Under the pieces are notes generated by a model. The model did no database searches. It worked only from the letters and a program-made list of their open reading frames with translations, and was not told the DNA's origin. A stretch of 17,406 bases of DNA from Candidatus Sericytochromatia bacterium (GTDB taxonomy: Bacteria > Cyanobacteriota > Sericytochromatia > S15B-MN24 > JAQBPE01). A program made the position numbers and the translations under genes. The DNA is taken from positions 1-17,406 of the forward strand of contig JAYKHR010000149.1 of NCBI GenBank assembly GCA_035285125.1. Reading direction: 5' to 3'. Positions 1 to 8,010 of this stretch are shown here, in pieces; positions within the stretch are counted from its first letter, which is position 1; each line of letters starts with the position of its first letter.

Positions 1-950
1 CGCACGGCGTCCGCGAGGTCGTAGTTGCTGCGGAAGGTCTGCAGGTAGCGGCGGGTGCCGACCATCTCGGCGATCGGCATCGCCTCCGGCACCTGCACGC
101 CGTGGGCGCCGAGGTAGTTGGCGTGCACGATGCCCCGGACGTCCTGCACCATCTGCAGGCGCAGCGGGCGCGCGTCCGGCGTCTTCAAGAAGGCGTCGAA
201 GGCCTCCCGCGTCAGGCCGGGGTTGGCCTTTGCCACGCCCGTGAAGTAGTGGTCCCGGACCTTGCCCCGCACGTTGGTGACGAAGCGGTGCCACATGTCG
301 CGATCGGCGCGGAGGGCGTCGAAGTTGACACTGTCAGGGTCGATGGCCGTGCGGGCCTGGCGCATCTCGCCGGGCGTCGAGCCGCTGACGCGCAGCTCGG
401 ACCGCGCGCCGGGGCCGCCAGCGGTGGCCGCCCGCCCACGGGCCTGAAGCTCAGGCGGGGCCTGGCGCGCCCGCAGCCGCGCGAGGCCGTGGCGGATGAC
501 CCGACCCGCGGCCCAGCTCGTCGCGTAGCTGGCGGCCGTGTCCACCAGCTGGCGGGCGGTGCCGTCCACGATCGTGTCCAGCTCCTGCTCGCTGCCGGCG
601 CGCGCGAAGCGCACGGTGGGGAAGACCACCATCGAGGCCGCCAGGCCCACGCCCACCAGCCTCATCAGGCCGGGCGACACGGCGCCCAGCGCCGCACCGC
701 CGGCCATCATGGCGAGCGGCAGGAGCTTGCGACCGGGGGCCTCCCGAAGCTCCGCCCACTGCTGCCGCACCGTGGCGACGGGGTGGGCGATCGCGTGGGC
801 CGTGCGGTGCAGCTTGTCGACGGCCGCCCCGGGCAGGGCCACCACCGTCTCGCCCCAGCCCTGAGCCACCCTGGCAGCACCGGACCTCCGCGCGAAAGCG
901 GGTTGGGGCGCCACGCCCATCGCCAGCGGTCGGTTGCTTGCCACGCTCAT
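1..950 (-). CDS. Hypothetical protein with N-terminal hydrophobic hairpin; runs off the left edge (no stop in window)
   Basis: Manual translation from ATG at 950 (AGGTGG just upstream) is open to base 3: MSVASNRPLAMG...HAIAHPVATVRQQW...LLPLAMMAGGAALGAVSPGLMRLVGVGLAASMVVFP...DRDMWHRFVTNVRGKVRDHYF...LQTFRSNYDLADAV. Strong G/C bias at third codon positions. Absent from the ORF track, presumably because it lacks a stop. Confidence 0.85.
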   Translation of the reverse strand, partial: MSVASNRPLAMGVAPQPAFARRSGAARVAQGWGETVVALPGAAVDKLHRTAHAIAHPVATVRQQWAELREAPGRKLLPLAMMAGGAALGAVSPGLMRLVGVGLAASMVVFPTVRFARAGSEQELDTIVDGTARQLVDTAASYATSWAAGRVIRHGLARLRARQAPPELQARGRAATAGGPGARSELRVSGSTPGEMRQARTAIDPDSVNFDALRADRDMWHRFVTNVRGKVRDHYFTGVAKANPGLTREAFDAFLKTPDARPLRLQMVQDVRGIVHANYLGAHGVQVPEAMPIAEMVGTRRYLQTFRSNYDLADAV

Positions 951-1077
951 CGGACCACCTGCTCGTGTACCCCTGGGGGGCGCCTGCAGCATGGTTGTCG
1001 GCCGCTCGGCCGGAAATTCGGTAAAGATTGCGTGGTAGTTGGCGCAAGCCGCGTTTAAGCCTGCTGACACCCGTCGG

Positions 1078-2085
1078 TCAGGGCGCGGGGAGCGCGTCGA
1101 GCCAGGCGCGCGTGGCCTCGATGATCCGGCTGTGCTGCTCCGCCCGGGTGATCGCGGCTTCGGCATCCCGCGGGTGCGGGCCGTAGTCGCCGAACTGTCC
1201 GTGGTTCGCGCCCGTGATCCCGATGAGCCGGCTGGCGGGCGGCAGCCGCCGGGCGGTCGCGGCGATCTCCACGAGCGGCACGCGCGGATCGTGCGTCCCG
1301 TAGACGCTCAGGGCAGGCCACGTCCGGCGCGACAGGTCCACGAAGGGCCCGGGCACGGTGGCCAGCATCATCAGACCGCTGACCCGCCGGGGGTGCCAGC
1401 TGGCATAGAGGGAAGCGGCAACACCTCCGAGCGAGTGACCCCCGACGACCCAACCGCTGACGGCGGGGTGACGGGCCATCACGTCCGAGGCCCGGTTGGG
1501 GGCGAAGATGGCCATGCGCCGCGGCATCGCCGGGATGCACACGAGGTAGCCCGCGAGCGCCCAGGCGCGCGCCAGCGGGGCGTAGGCCCGCGGATCGACG
1601 TTGCCGCCCGGGTAGAACACGACGCCCCGCCGCGGGGGCCCCCCGAGGGGGGCGATCTCGAGCCCGTCGCGCAGGGTGATCGCCAGGCCCGGGTGGGGCA
1701 CCAGGGCGGCCCGCGCCAGGGCGCCCACGGGGGCGTCGGGCAGGGCGGTCTCACGCAGCGCAAGCGCGGCGAGGTCGGGGGGGGGGGCGCCGGCCGGGGT
1801 CACGTCGCCGAGGCCAGCGCCGGGAGCCTCAGCCACGGGCGCGTCGGCAGGGCCCAGGGCGGGGGCGTGGGCGAGGCCTGGCTCCGGGGTGGACGCGGCG
1901 GGCGTGGGTGATTCGGAAAGGCCGACGCCCGAGGCGGGCACCGCCTGAAGGGAGCCTGCCGCCGCGCCGACCGCTGCCGTGGAGGCCCCGGGCGCCCTTG
2001 TCACCAGGCCAGAACGCGCCGTGCCGCAGCCCGGCACGCAGGCTGCGCTCACCACCACGAGGGACAGGCACCAAAGGCTTCGCAC
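1078..2085 (-). CDS. Alpha/beta hydrolase (Abhydrolase_5-like), probably exported or a lipoprotein
   Basis: VVFYPGGNVDPRAYAPLA oxyanion region, GGHSLGG nucleophile elbow, YGTHD acid, GANHGQFGDYG His. Start placed at GTG 2085 (MRSLWCLSLVVVSAACVPGC signal-like); the ORF is open to 2148. Pro/Ala linker precedes the domain. Confidence 0.85.
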   Translation of the reverse strand: MRSLWCLSLVVVSAACVPGCGTARSGLVTRAPGASTAAVGAAAGSLQAVPASGVGLSESPTPAASTPEPGLAHAPALGPADAPVAEAPGAGLGDVTPAGAPPPDLAALALRETALPDAPVGALARAALVPHPGLAITLRDGLEIAPLGGPPRRGVVFYPGGNVDPRAYAPLARAWALAGYLVCIPAMPRRMAIFAPNRASDVMARHPAVSGWVVGGHSLGGVAASLYASWHPRRVSGLMMLATVPGPFVDLSRRTWPALSVYGTHDPRVPLVEIAATARRLPPASRLIGITGANHGQFGDYGPHPRDAEAAITRAEQHSRIIEATRAWLDALPAP

Positions 2086-2132
2086 AACCTCATGATAACC
2101 TGCCGGGCGGCCCGCCGCCCGGCCCGGCGCCG

Positions 2133-3047
2133 TCAGGCCCCGAGCCACGCCAGCGCTGCCTCCGCGCGGGGGCGGGCCGCCCAGGCCGCCAGCCAGCGGT
2201 CGGGCAGGCGGACGCCCGGGGCGGCCCCGAGCAGCATGCCCAGCGCCAGCCCCCGGGCTGCGGAGTCGCCCCCGGCCATCACGTTGGCGATCAGCGCGCC
2301 CTCAAGGTCTGCGGGGTGCGCCAGCGCGACGGCCATCGTCGCGGGCAGGGCGCCGGAGATGCCACACGCCGCCCCGAGCGAGGCGACGGCAGCCTCCGCG
2401 CCCCGCATCGCAGCCTCCCGCGCGGCCGCCAGCATGGCCTGGGCCGGGAGCGCCGTGTAGCCGGCCTCCGCGGCGGCGGCCAGGGCGTCGGGCACGGCCT
2501 GACCCGAGGCCACGGCGCGCACGGCCCGGGTCCAGAAGGCCGCGCCCTCCGCCACCAGCGGGTCCCGGTGCGTGACCTCCGTCTGGGCCCGGGCCGCTGC
2601 CACGGCCACGTCCTCGGGCGCGTCGAGCGTGGCGGCCACCACCGCCGCCCCGCGTGCCGCGCCGCCCCAGTCCGACGACGGCGACCCCGCCGCCAGCGGG
2701 GCTGCGCCCGCCGCCAGGTTCGCGAGCGTCTGCCGGGTCGCGCCGTCCACGTAGCTGGTGGGCTCGCCGGCCCAATAAGCGCGCCAGGCCTCCGCCCACG
2801 CCGTCGCCTCGAACCGCCCCCCCGCGGCCGCCACGGCCTCGAGCAGCAGCAGGGCCTGGGCGCCGTAATGGGTGTGCCCGCCGAGCGGCTGGGCCGCGTG
2901 GTACGAACCTGCCGGCGGGGCCTGCAGATCGGCGAGCCGACCCCACTGTGAGGCGATCGCCCCCTGGTCGTAGCACCAGTGGGCAGGCAGGGCGAGCGCA
3001 TCCGCGAGGAGCGAGGCCTGCACGAGGGTGTGGGCTGGCTGGGACAT
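2133..3047 (-). CDS. ADP-ribosylglycohydrolase family protein, divergent (SelJ/J1-crystallin-like subgroup)
   Basis: SLLADALALPAHWCYD, THYGAQALLLLE, QTEVTH, ALIANVMAGGDSAARGLALGMLLGA and terminal LPDRW match ARH-fold motifs. ATG 3047 has GGAGG upstream. Confidence 0.85.
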   Translation of the reverse strand: MSQPAHTLVQASLLADALALPAHWCYDQGAIASQWGRLADLQAPPAGSYHAAQPLGGHTHYGAQALLLLEAVAAAGGRFEATAWAEAWRAYWAGEPTSYVDGATRQTLANLAAGAAPLAAGSPSSDWGGAARGAAVVAATLDAPEDVAVAAARAQTEVTHRDPLVAEGAAFWTRAVRAVASGQAVPDALAAAAEAGYTALPAQAMLAAAREAAMRGAEAAVASLGAACGISGALPATMAVALAHPADLEGALIANVMAGGDSAARGLALGMLLGAAPGVRLPDRWLAAWAARPRAEAALAWLGA

Positions 3048-3168
3048 GGGCACCTCCGGGCTGCGGGACACCCCCATGAACGCGCCAGGGGCGGCGGCCG
3101 TCAAGGTGGCGTCACGTGACGGCGAGGCGCCTGAGCCGGGTATGAGACCCGAGGAGGGCAGGGACGCG

Positions 3169-5691
3169 ATGATGCGACGGCACGGGCGGTGGCATGCCAT
3201 CTGGGTGGCGGCCTGCGTGGCGGCCTGTCAGGCGTCCGCCCCATCGGCCTTGCGCCCGCCGGCCTCAGCCAAGGCGGCCACCAGATCGGCGGCAAGCCGC
3301 TCCCCGGCCCCCGCCGTCCCGGTGGCGGCCTCCCCCGCCGCGAGCTCGCTGGGGCCGCTCGCGGGGCAGTCGGCCCTGCCCGTGGCGGGGGCCACCCCCC
3401 CGGGGGGGCTCCCCGCGGCGGCCCCCATCGCGGGGCCCGCCCCGCTGCTTGCAGACCGCACCGCCGGCCTGTTCGGCACCGTTCGCGTGCCCCCCGGCCT
3501 GGTGGCCAACAACGGCGGCAGCCTCGTCGGCGACATGGGCGGCGCCTACCGCCTGCGCTCGCTCGAAAGCCAGGTGCCGCTGGCAGGCGCCGTCGTCATG
3601 GTGCAGGACGCCGCCGGCCAGCCGGTGCTCGGCCCGGACGGGAAGCCCCTGCAGGCGGTCACGGACGCGCAGGGCCGCTACGCCTTCGAGGCCATCCTCC
3701 CAGACCGCAACCTCATCGTGTCGGTGGCGCTCGAGGCCGGCAAGGGGGCCGTGCAGGGGGTGGCCGTCCGGGCGACCACGAGCCGGGAGGCCAACCTCGA
3801 CGCCGTCTCCACCCTGGCGACGGCCTACGTCGTGGAGCGCTTCGTGAAGAGCCAGGCAGACCCCGTCGCGACGCTGGAGAAGCTGCCCGGCGACGTCGAG
3901 CGCGACACGCGCGCCAAGACCGAGGCGGCCCTCGGGCGCCTTGGCGGCGGGCTGCCGCCCACCCTCACGACGGGCACGGTGCTGCAGGCCGTCGAGGCCA
4001 TCCGCACCCAGGACGCCACGCTCGACGCCCACCTCGACTATGTTCGCTCCTTGCTGATCGTCGCGGGACAGCTGGACCTGGGTAGCGGCCGGCAGGCGAC
4101 GCGCGTCAGCATCGGCTACGTCACGGCGATCGCCACCGCCCCGGACGGCGCCATCTACCTGAACTCCGAGTACGACAACCGCGTGTGGCGCGTCCGCCCG
4201 GACGGCATCATCGAGACGGCCGCGGGCGGGCGGAAGTCGTCCTCCGGCGGCGCCATCGAGGGGGTCAAGGGACCGGACGCCGCGCTGTCGACCCCCCGGG
4301 GCATCGCCGTCGACCGGCAGGGTCGCCTGCTGATCATGGAGGGCAACAGGCTCTCCCGGCTGCGGCCCGACGGCACCCTGCAGGTGCTGGCAGACGGGCT
4401 CTCCCGGGGCGAGTGTGCGATGGCCGGCGACGGTGACGAGGTTTACTACACCACGGGCTACACCTGGGACGTGGACCACGAGCTGTACCGCTGGACCCCA
4501 GCAGGCTCGGTCAAGCTGTGCACCTTCCAGGCCGGGACGCCCTTCGACAGCGTCGGGCGCACGGCGGATGGGCGGTTCTTCGCGGCGGGCGGCCGGGACC
4601 AGGTGGTCGAGGTCAACCCGCAAACGGGTGCGACGACGCCCATCCCAGCCGCCAAGACCGTCGATGCCAACGGCAACCTCCTCGCGGAGGAGGACGACGA
4701 GGTCTGGCTCGTCACGCCGGCAGGCGCGCGCACCTTGCTGGGCGCCGTGCCCAGCGGAGCCAGCGTGGTGTACCTCGCGGTGGGGCCGCGGGGCGAGGGC
4801 TACATCGGCGGCTACGACAGCGTCTACCGGGCGGGGGGCGGGCTGTTGGCGGGCTTCGTGGGGGGACAGGTCGGCGGCGACGCCACCAGCCACTCGTTCA
4901 CCGAGCTCAGTGGCCTGGCAGCGGGGCCGGACGGCCAGCTCTACCTCTCGGACAAGGGCAAGGCCGAGGTGCTCGCGATCGATGCCGCGCGCCAGATCCG
5001 CCGCTTGCTCGGGGGCCTCGGCGTGGGAGAGGACGAGGACATGGTGGCGCCCCGCACGGTGCTGCGGATGGGGCCAGGCGGGGTGCTGCATGCCCTGCAC
5101 GAGCAGTTCGGGGCCTCGGTGATCGAGGCGGTGGCGGCAGATGGCACCACCCGACCGGTGTTCTCCCACCGGGGCCTCTCGGACTTCGCCTTCGCGCGCG
5201 ACGGTGCCCTGCACGCGATGGCAGGCGGCCTGCTGCTGGGTGTGGGCGCGGACGGCAGCGCCACCGAGCGGCTGCGGCTCCAGGGCTGGGGGCCGTGGGT
5301 GATGGCCGTGGAGGCGGACGGCAGCGTCTTGCTGATGGGAGCCGGGAAGCTCCAGCGGGTCTCGCCCAGCGGCCAGCTGACCTTGGTGAAGGAGGACGGG
5401 CGGTTCTCGGACCTGCCCCAGGACGACAACGACGGCACGGCCCGCGCGGCAATGACGCTCGACAGCGCCGGGCGCGTCATCGGCACCACAGGCCGGGAGG
5501 TGTGGCGCCTCGACCTCGCCACTGGCACCTTCACGGTGCTGGCCGGGCGCGGGGGGCGCGCCTTCACGGGCGCCACCGTGGACGACGGTGTCGGCAAGCC
5601 CCACAGCCCGGCCTTAGACCCCACGGGCGGGCTGCTGTTCCTCGACGAGCAGGCCCGCCAGCTCAGGCGCATCCCGCCGGACAAGCTCTGA
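3169..5691 (+). CDS. Large lipoprotein: N-terminal beta-sandwich (carboxypeptidase-regulatory-like) region plus NHL-repeat beta-propellers
   Basis: ATG 3169 after GAGGAGGG; MMRRHGRWHAIWVAACVAAC lipobox; PLAGAVVMV...AVTDAQGRYAF; NHL-like blades (IATAPDGAIYL, PRGIAVDRQGRLLI, GLAAGPDGQLYLSD, PHSPALDPTGGLLFLD). Confidence 0.85.
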   Translation: MMRRHGRWHAIWVAACVAACQASAPSALRPPASAKAATRSAASRSPAPAVPVAASPAASSLGPLAGQSALPVAGATPPGGLPAAAPIAGPAPLLADRTAGLFGTVRVPPGLVANNGGSLVGDMGGAYRLRSLESQVPLAGAVVMVQDAAGQPVLGPDGKPLQAVTDAQGRYAFEAILPDRNLIVSVALEAGKGAVQGVAVRATTSREANLDAVSTLATAYVVERFVKSQADPVATLEKLPGDVERDTRAKTEAALGRLGGGLPPTLTTGTVLQAVEAIRTQDATLDAHLDYVRSLLIVAGQLDLGSGRQATRVSIGYVTAIATAPDGAIYLNSEYDNRVWRVRPDGIIETAAGGRKSSSGGAIEGVKGPDAALSTPRGIAVDRQGRLLIMEGNRLSRLRPDGTLQVLADGLSRGECAMAGDGDEVYYTTGYTWDVDHELYRWTPAGSVKLCTFQAGTPFDSVGRTADGRFFAAGGRDQVVEVNPQTGATTPIPAAKTVDANGNLLAEEDDEVWLVTPAGARTLLGAVPSGASVVYLAVGPRGEGYIGGYDSVYRAGGGLLAGFVGGQVGGDATSHSFTELSGLAAGPDGQLYLSDKGKAEVLAIDAARQIRRLLGGLGVGEDEDMVAPRTVLRMGPGGVLHALHEQFGASVIEAVAADGTTRPVFSHRGLSDFAFARDGALHAMAGGLLLGVGADGSATERLRLQGWGPWVMAVEADGSVLLMGAGKLQRVSPSGQLTLVKEDGRFSDLPQDDNDGTARAAMTLDSAGRVIGTTGREVWRLDLATGTFTVLAGRGGRAFTGATVDDGVGKPHSPALDPTGGLLFLDEQARQLRRIPPDKL

Positions 5692-5708
5692 CGGCGGCGG
5701 TGCAGCCC

Positions 5709-7409
5709 TCAGCGTCCGGGCTGGGCCCCGCGGGTCGCCCGCCACCGCGCCTCGTCGAGCGGGTTCTCCGGGCGCGCGTTGAAGTCCTGGTGGGGGAGCC
5801 CAGCCCACGCCAGGTCCGACGGGCTCACGAAGTCCGGGTGCACCTCGCGGCGAGCGCGACGCGGGAGGGGCCAGACGGCGGCGAGACCCGGCACGCGCCC
5901 CGCGTCGCGGGCCAGGGCATCGAGGCCGTCGAGGCCCTCGTGAATCTGCCGCGTGCGCGCATCGTCAGGTCCCAAGAGGAACCTTGCGAGGATCTCGGCC
6001 TCAGGCACGAAGGTGTGCGCGAGGCGCCACGTGAGGCTCAGGCTGCGCAGGAAGCCGAGGTCCTTCGTGAGGCCGTGGGCGTCGCGCACGCCGGCGACGA
6101 CGATGCCGCCGAGGGCTGCCAGGCGCCTGCCGAGGCCGAACACCCCGTTGAAATCGCCGGCCTGCTCGGCCTCGGTGGAGCGCCGAAGGGCCCCGGAGAT
6201 GCGGGCAAAGCCCGTGCCGTCGACCAGCTTGCCGAGGGCCACGCGGAGGGCGGTCCGGCGCGCGGGCGTGTCGGCCACGGCGCGCGTGAGGGCCGTGGCC
6301 GGGGCCACCCGATCGGCGAGAAAGCTGACGATGTGCGCCTCGTCGAGGGGCATCCGGGCGGCCAGCATGGCAAAGTCATGGGCCAACGCGCCCTGGTCGT
6401 CGGGCTTGAGGCCCTCCAGCACGCGGGAGAGCGAGGCGATGGCCTCATCCCGGGCGGCCGCCTTGCGAAGCCGGATGGGAAGGTCGGCACCGCGCGGGTG
6501 GGTGTAGGCCTTGTAGGTCAGCTCGCTGCAGTAGAAGGCATCGTTCCTGCCGCGGCCGTTGGTCTCGGTGAAGGCGAAGTCGTAAGGCTTGCCAAGCTGT
6601 GTCTCCGCGTAGGCCACGGCGCGGCGGACGGCCTTCTCCGCCTCGAGCGGCGAGAGGCCCTGCGTCGGCCGCAGCAGCCTGACGGACCACGTCGAGCCCG
6701 TGTGGTCCGCCATCATCGAGCGCAGGACCTTGTTGCCGTTGGGGTCGGACACGTTGCCCGACAGCCCGAGGGCCTCGATGAACTCGGGCGGGGCCTTGTC
6801 GCTGACGCACAGCACGGTGTGCGTGAAGGGGCCTCGCGTGGCCTTGCTGATGAGGTCGTTCGGAGCGTTGTACGTGATGGCCAGGATGTCGCCCTTGCGG
6901 ACGGCGCGCACCATCCGGGCCACCTCCGGGTTTTCAGCCATTCGCCTGGCCCCTGCCAGCATGGCCTCAGGGTCGCCGTAGCTCGTCGCGAAGGGGCCCT
7001 TCTTGCCGGCCCGGTATAGGGCCTTCGCCGCCGCCAGGCCGCCTTTTCGCTGGGCCTCCCGCAGCCGCGCGAAGTTGGCAGGCAGGAAGCCCTCACCCAC
7101 CAGGCGGGCCTCCTCGGCCGTCAGGTCTGAGCGCACGAAGGCGTCTCGGGGCTGAGCGGGTGGGACTGGGGCGGTGACGCTCGGGCCAGCACGGGTAGGC
7201 GAGGTCGGCGGGGAGGCACCCGGGCCCGCAGGAGCGGGCGAGGTCGGGTCAGCAACACCCGGACCACCTGGGGCGGGCGGGGTCGGCGCGACGGCCCCGG
7301 GTCCAGCCGGGGTGGGCGAGGCCGGCACAACGGGGACGAGGCCAGGGGAAGGCGCCGCGGGCGGCCCCAGGGGCGAGACGGGCACAGGCTGTAGGGGGTC
7401 GAGGGGCAT
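5709..7409 (-). CDS. Permuted papain-like NlpC/P60 enzyme (YiiX/YebB, Peptidase_C92 family) with Pro-rich N-terminus
   Basis: VRKGDIL...ISKATRGPFTHTVL (His), AVAYAETQLGKPYDF, AFYCSELTYKAY (Cys), distal FVSPSDL. ATG 7409 with AGGA upstream is preferred over the ORF start at 7583. Confidence 0.85.
   Translation of the reverse strand: MPLDPLQPVPVSPLGPPAAPSPGLVPVVPASPTPAGPGAVAPTPPAPGGPGVADPTSPAPAGPGASPPTSPTRAGPSVTAPVPPAQPRDAFVRSDLTAEEARLVGEGFLPANFARLREAQRKGGLAAAKALYRAGKKGPFATSYGDPEAMLAGARRMAENPEVARMVRAVRKGDILAITYNAPNDLISKATRGPFTHTVLCVSDKAPPEFIEALGLSGNVSDPNGNKVLRSMMADHTGSTWSVRLLRPTQGLSPLEAEKAVRRAVAYAETQLGKPYDFAFTETNGRGRNDAFYCSELTYKAYTHPRGADLPIRLRKAAARDEAIASLSRVLEGLKPDDQGALAHDFAMLAARMPLDEAHIVSFLADRVAPATALTRAVADTPARRTALRVALGKLVDGTGFARISGALRRSTEAEQAGDFNGVFGLGRRLAALGGIVVAGVRDAHGLTKDLGFLRSLSLTWRLAHTFVPEAEILARFLLGPDDARTRQIHEGLDGLDALARDAGRVPGLAAVWPLPRRARREVHPDFVSPSDLAWAGLPHQDFNARPENPLDEARWRATRGAQPGR
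7164..7319 (-). repeat. Four degenerate 39-bp (13-aa) tandem repeats in the C92 protein N-terminus
   Basis: SPTPAGPGAVAPT / PPAPGGPGVADPT / SPAPAGPGASPPT / SPTRAGPSVTAPV. Confidence 0.8.
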
Positions 7410-7845
7410 CGGAAGGTTCCTGAATAGAGCCTGGTGCTTTTGTACCCGGGAACGAGGGGCCCTGCATGCCGCCTCAGCCCCCCTCCGCCTGGGCAAACCT
7501 GCCGATGAGGGCCTTGCGCCGAGTTCCGTCGCACCCGTCGGGTGTGACGCGCCCTCGCTCCCCCGGCGGAGCAGGCCCGCCACGGGCGTTCGGTCGCGGC
7601 TTCAGCGCAACCGCCGCGAGATCAACCTCAGCTTAACCATATTCAGCCGACACGTGAGCGGGCCGTTGGCGTTGCCACGTACAACATACTCGTCAACAGG
7701 GTTGCGGCACTCGCGAACGGCACACCGCGAGACCCGAGCCCGGGGGTCCTTCCCCCCAACACTCTCCGCCCAGGTCTCGACAGACCGTGGACGCCCCGGG
7801 TTCGGGGCCGCCGCTCCCGGTTGACGCCCCTTCCCCCCCTTGAGA

Positions 7846-7994
7846 GAGGACCTGCCAGCCGCCTGAAGCCCCGTCGTTCAAGTTTTCCGGAAGAGAGCCA
7901 ACCTGAGGGCCCGCTGAGCAGAAATGCCTAGCGGGTCCTCAGGCGTTTCCCCGAGGCAATCCGGGCCAAGTGGCGGTACGATGGCGGTGCCCCC
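7846..7994 (+). ncRNA. Candidate structured RNA, rod with central bubble (6S-like architecture); strand uncertain
   Basis: 14-bp stem 7902-7915/7930-7943 capped by GCA-GAAA-TGC. Outer pairings CCGCC 7859-7863 with GGCGG 7972-7976, TGCCA with TGGCG, and GCCC with GGGC flank an unpaired central region. Confidence 0.4.
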
Positions 7995-8010
7995 ATGAGA
8001 CCCCACGACC

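Noticed and set aside
995..1021. Sigma-28-like promoter CCGAATTT-N11-GCCGACAA on the minus strand
   Set aside because: Good -10 and spacing, but the -35 matches only half of TAAAGTTT; too weak to call.
102..1058. 318-aa plus-strand ORF
   Set aside because: Antisense shadow of the minus-strand gene 950->1; no motifs and atypical composition.
3265..7019. Long ORFs 3265-5604(-) and 4518-7019(+)
   Set aside because: Shadow or alternative frames of real genes; stop scarcity is expected at this GC content.
7488..7515. GGGCAAACC resembling a c-di-GMP-I riboswitch start
   Set aside because: No GNRA stem or downstream GACGCAAAG motif, and it is antisense to the adjacent gene.
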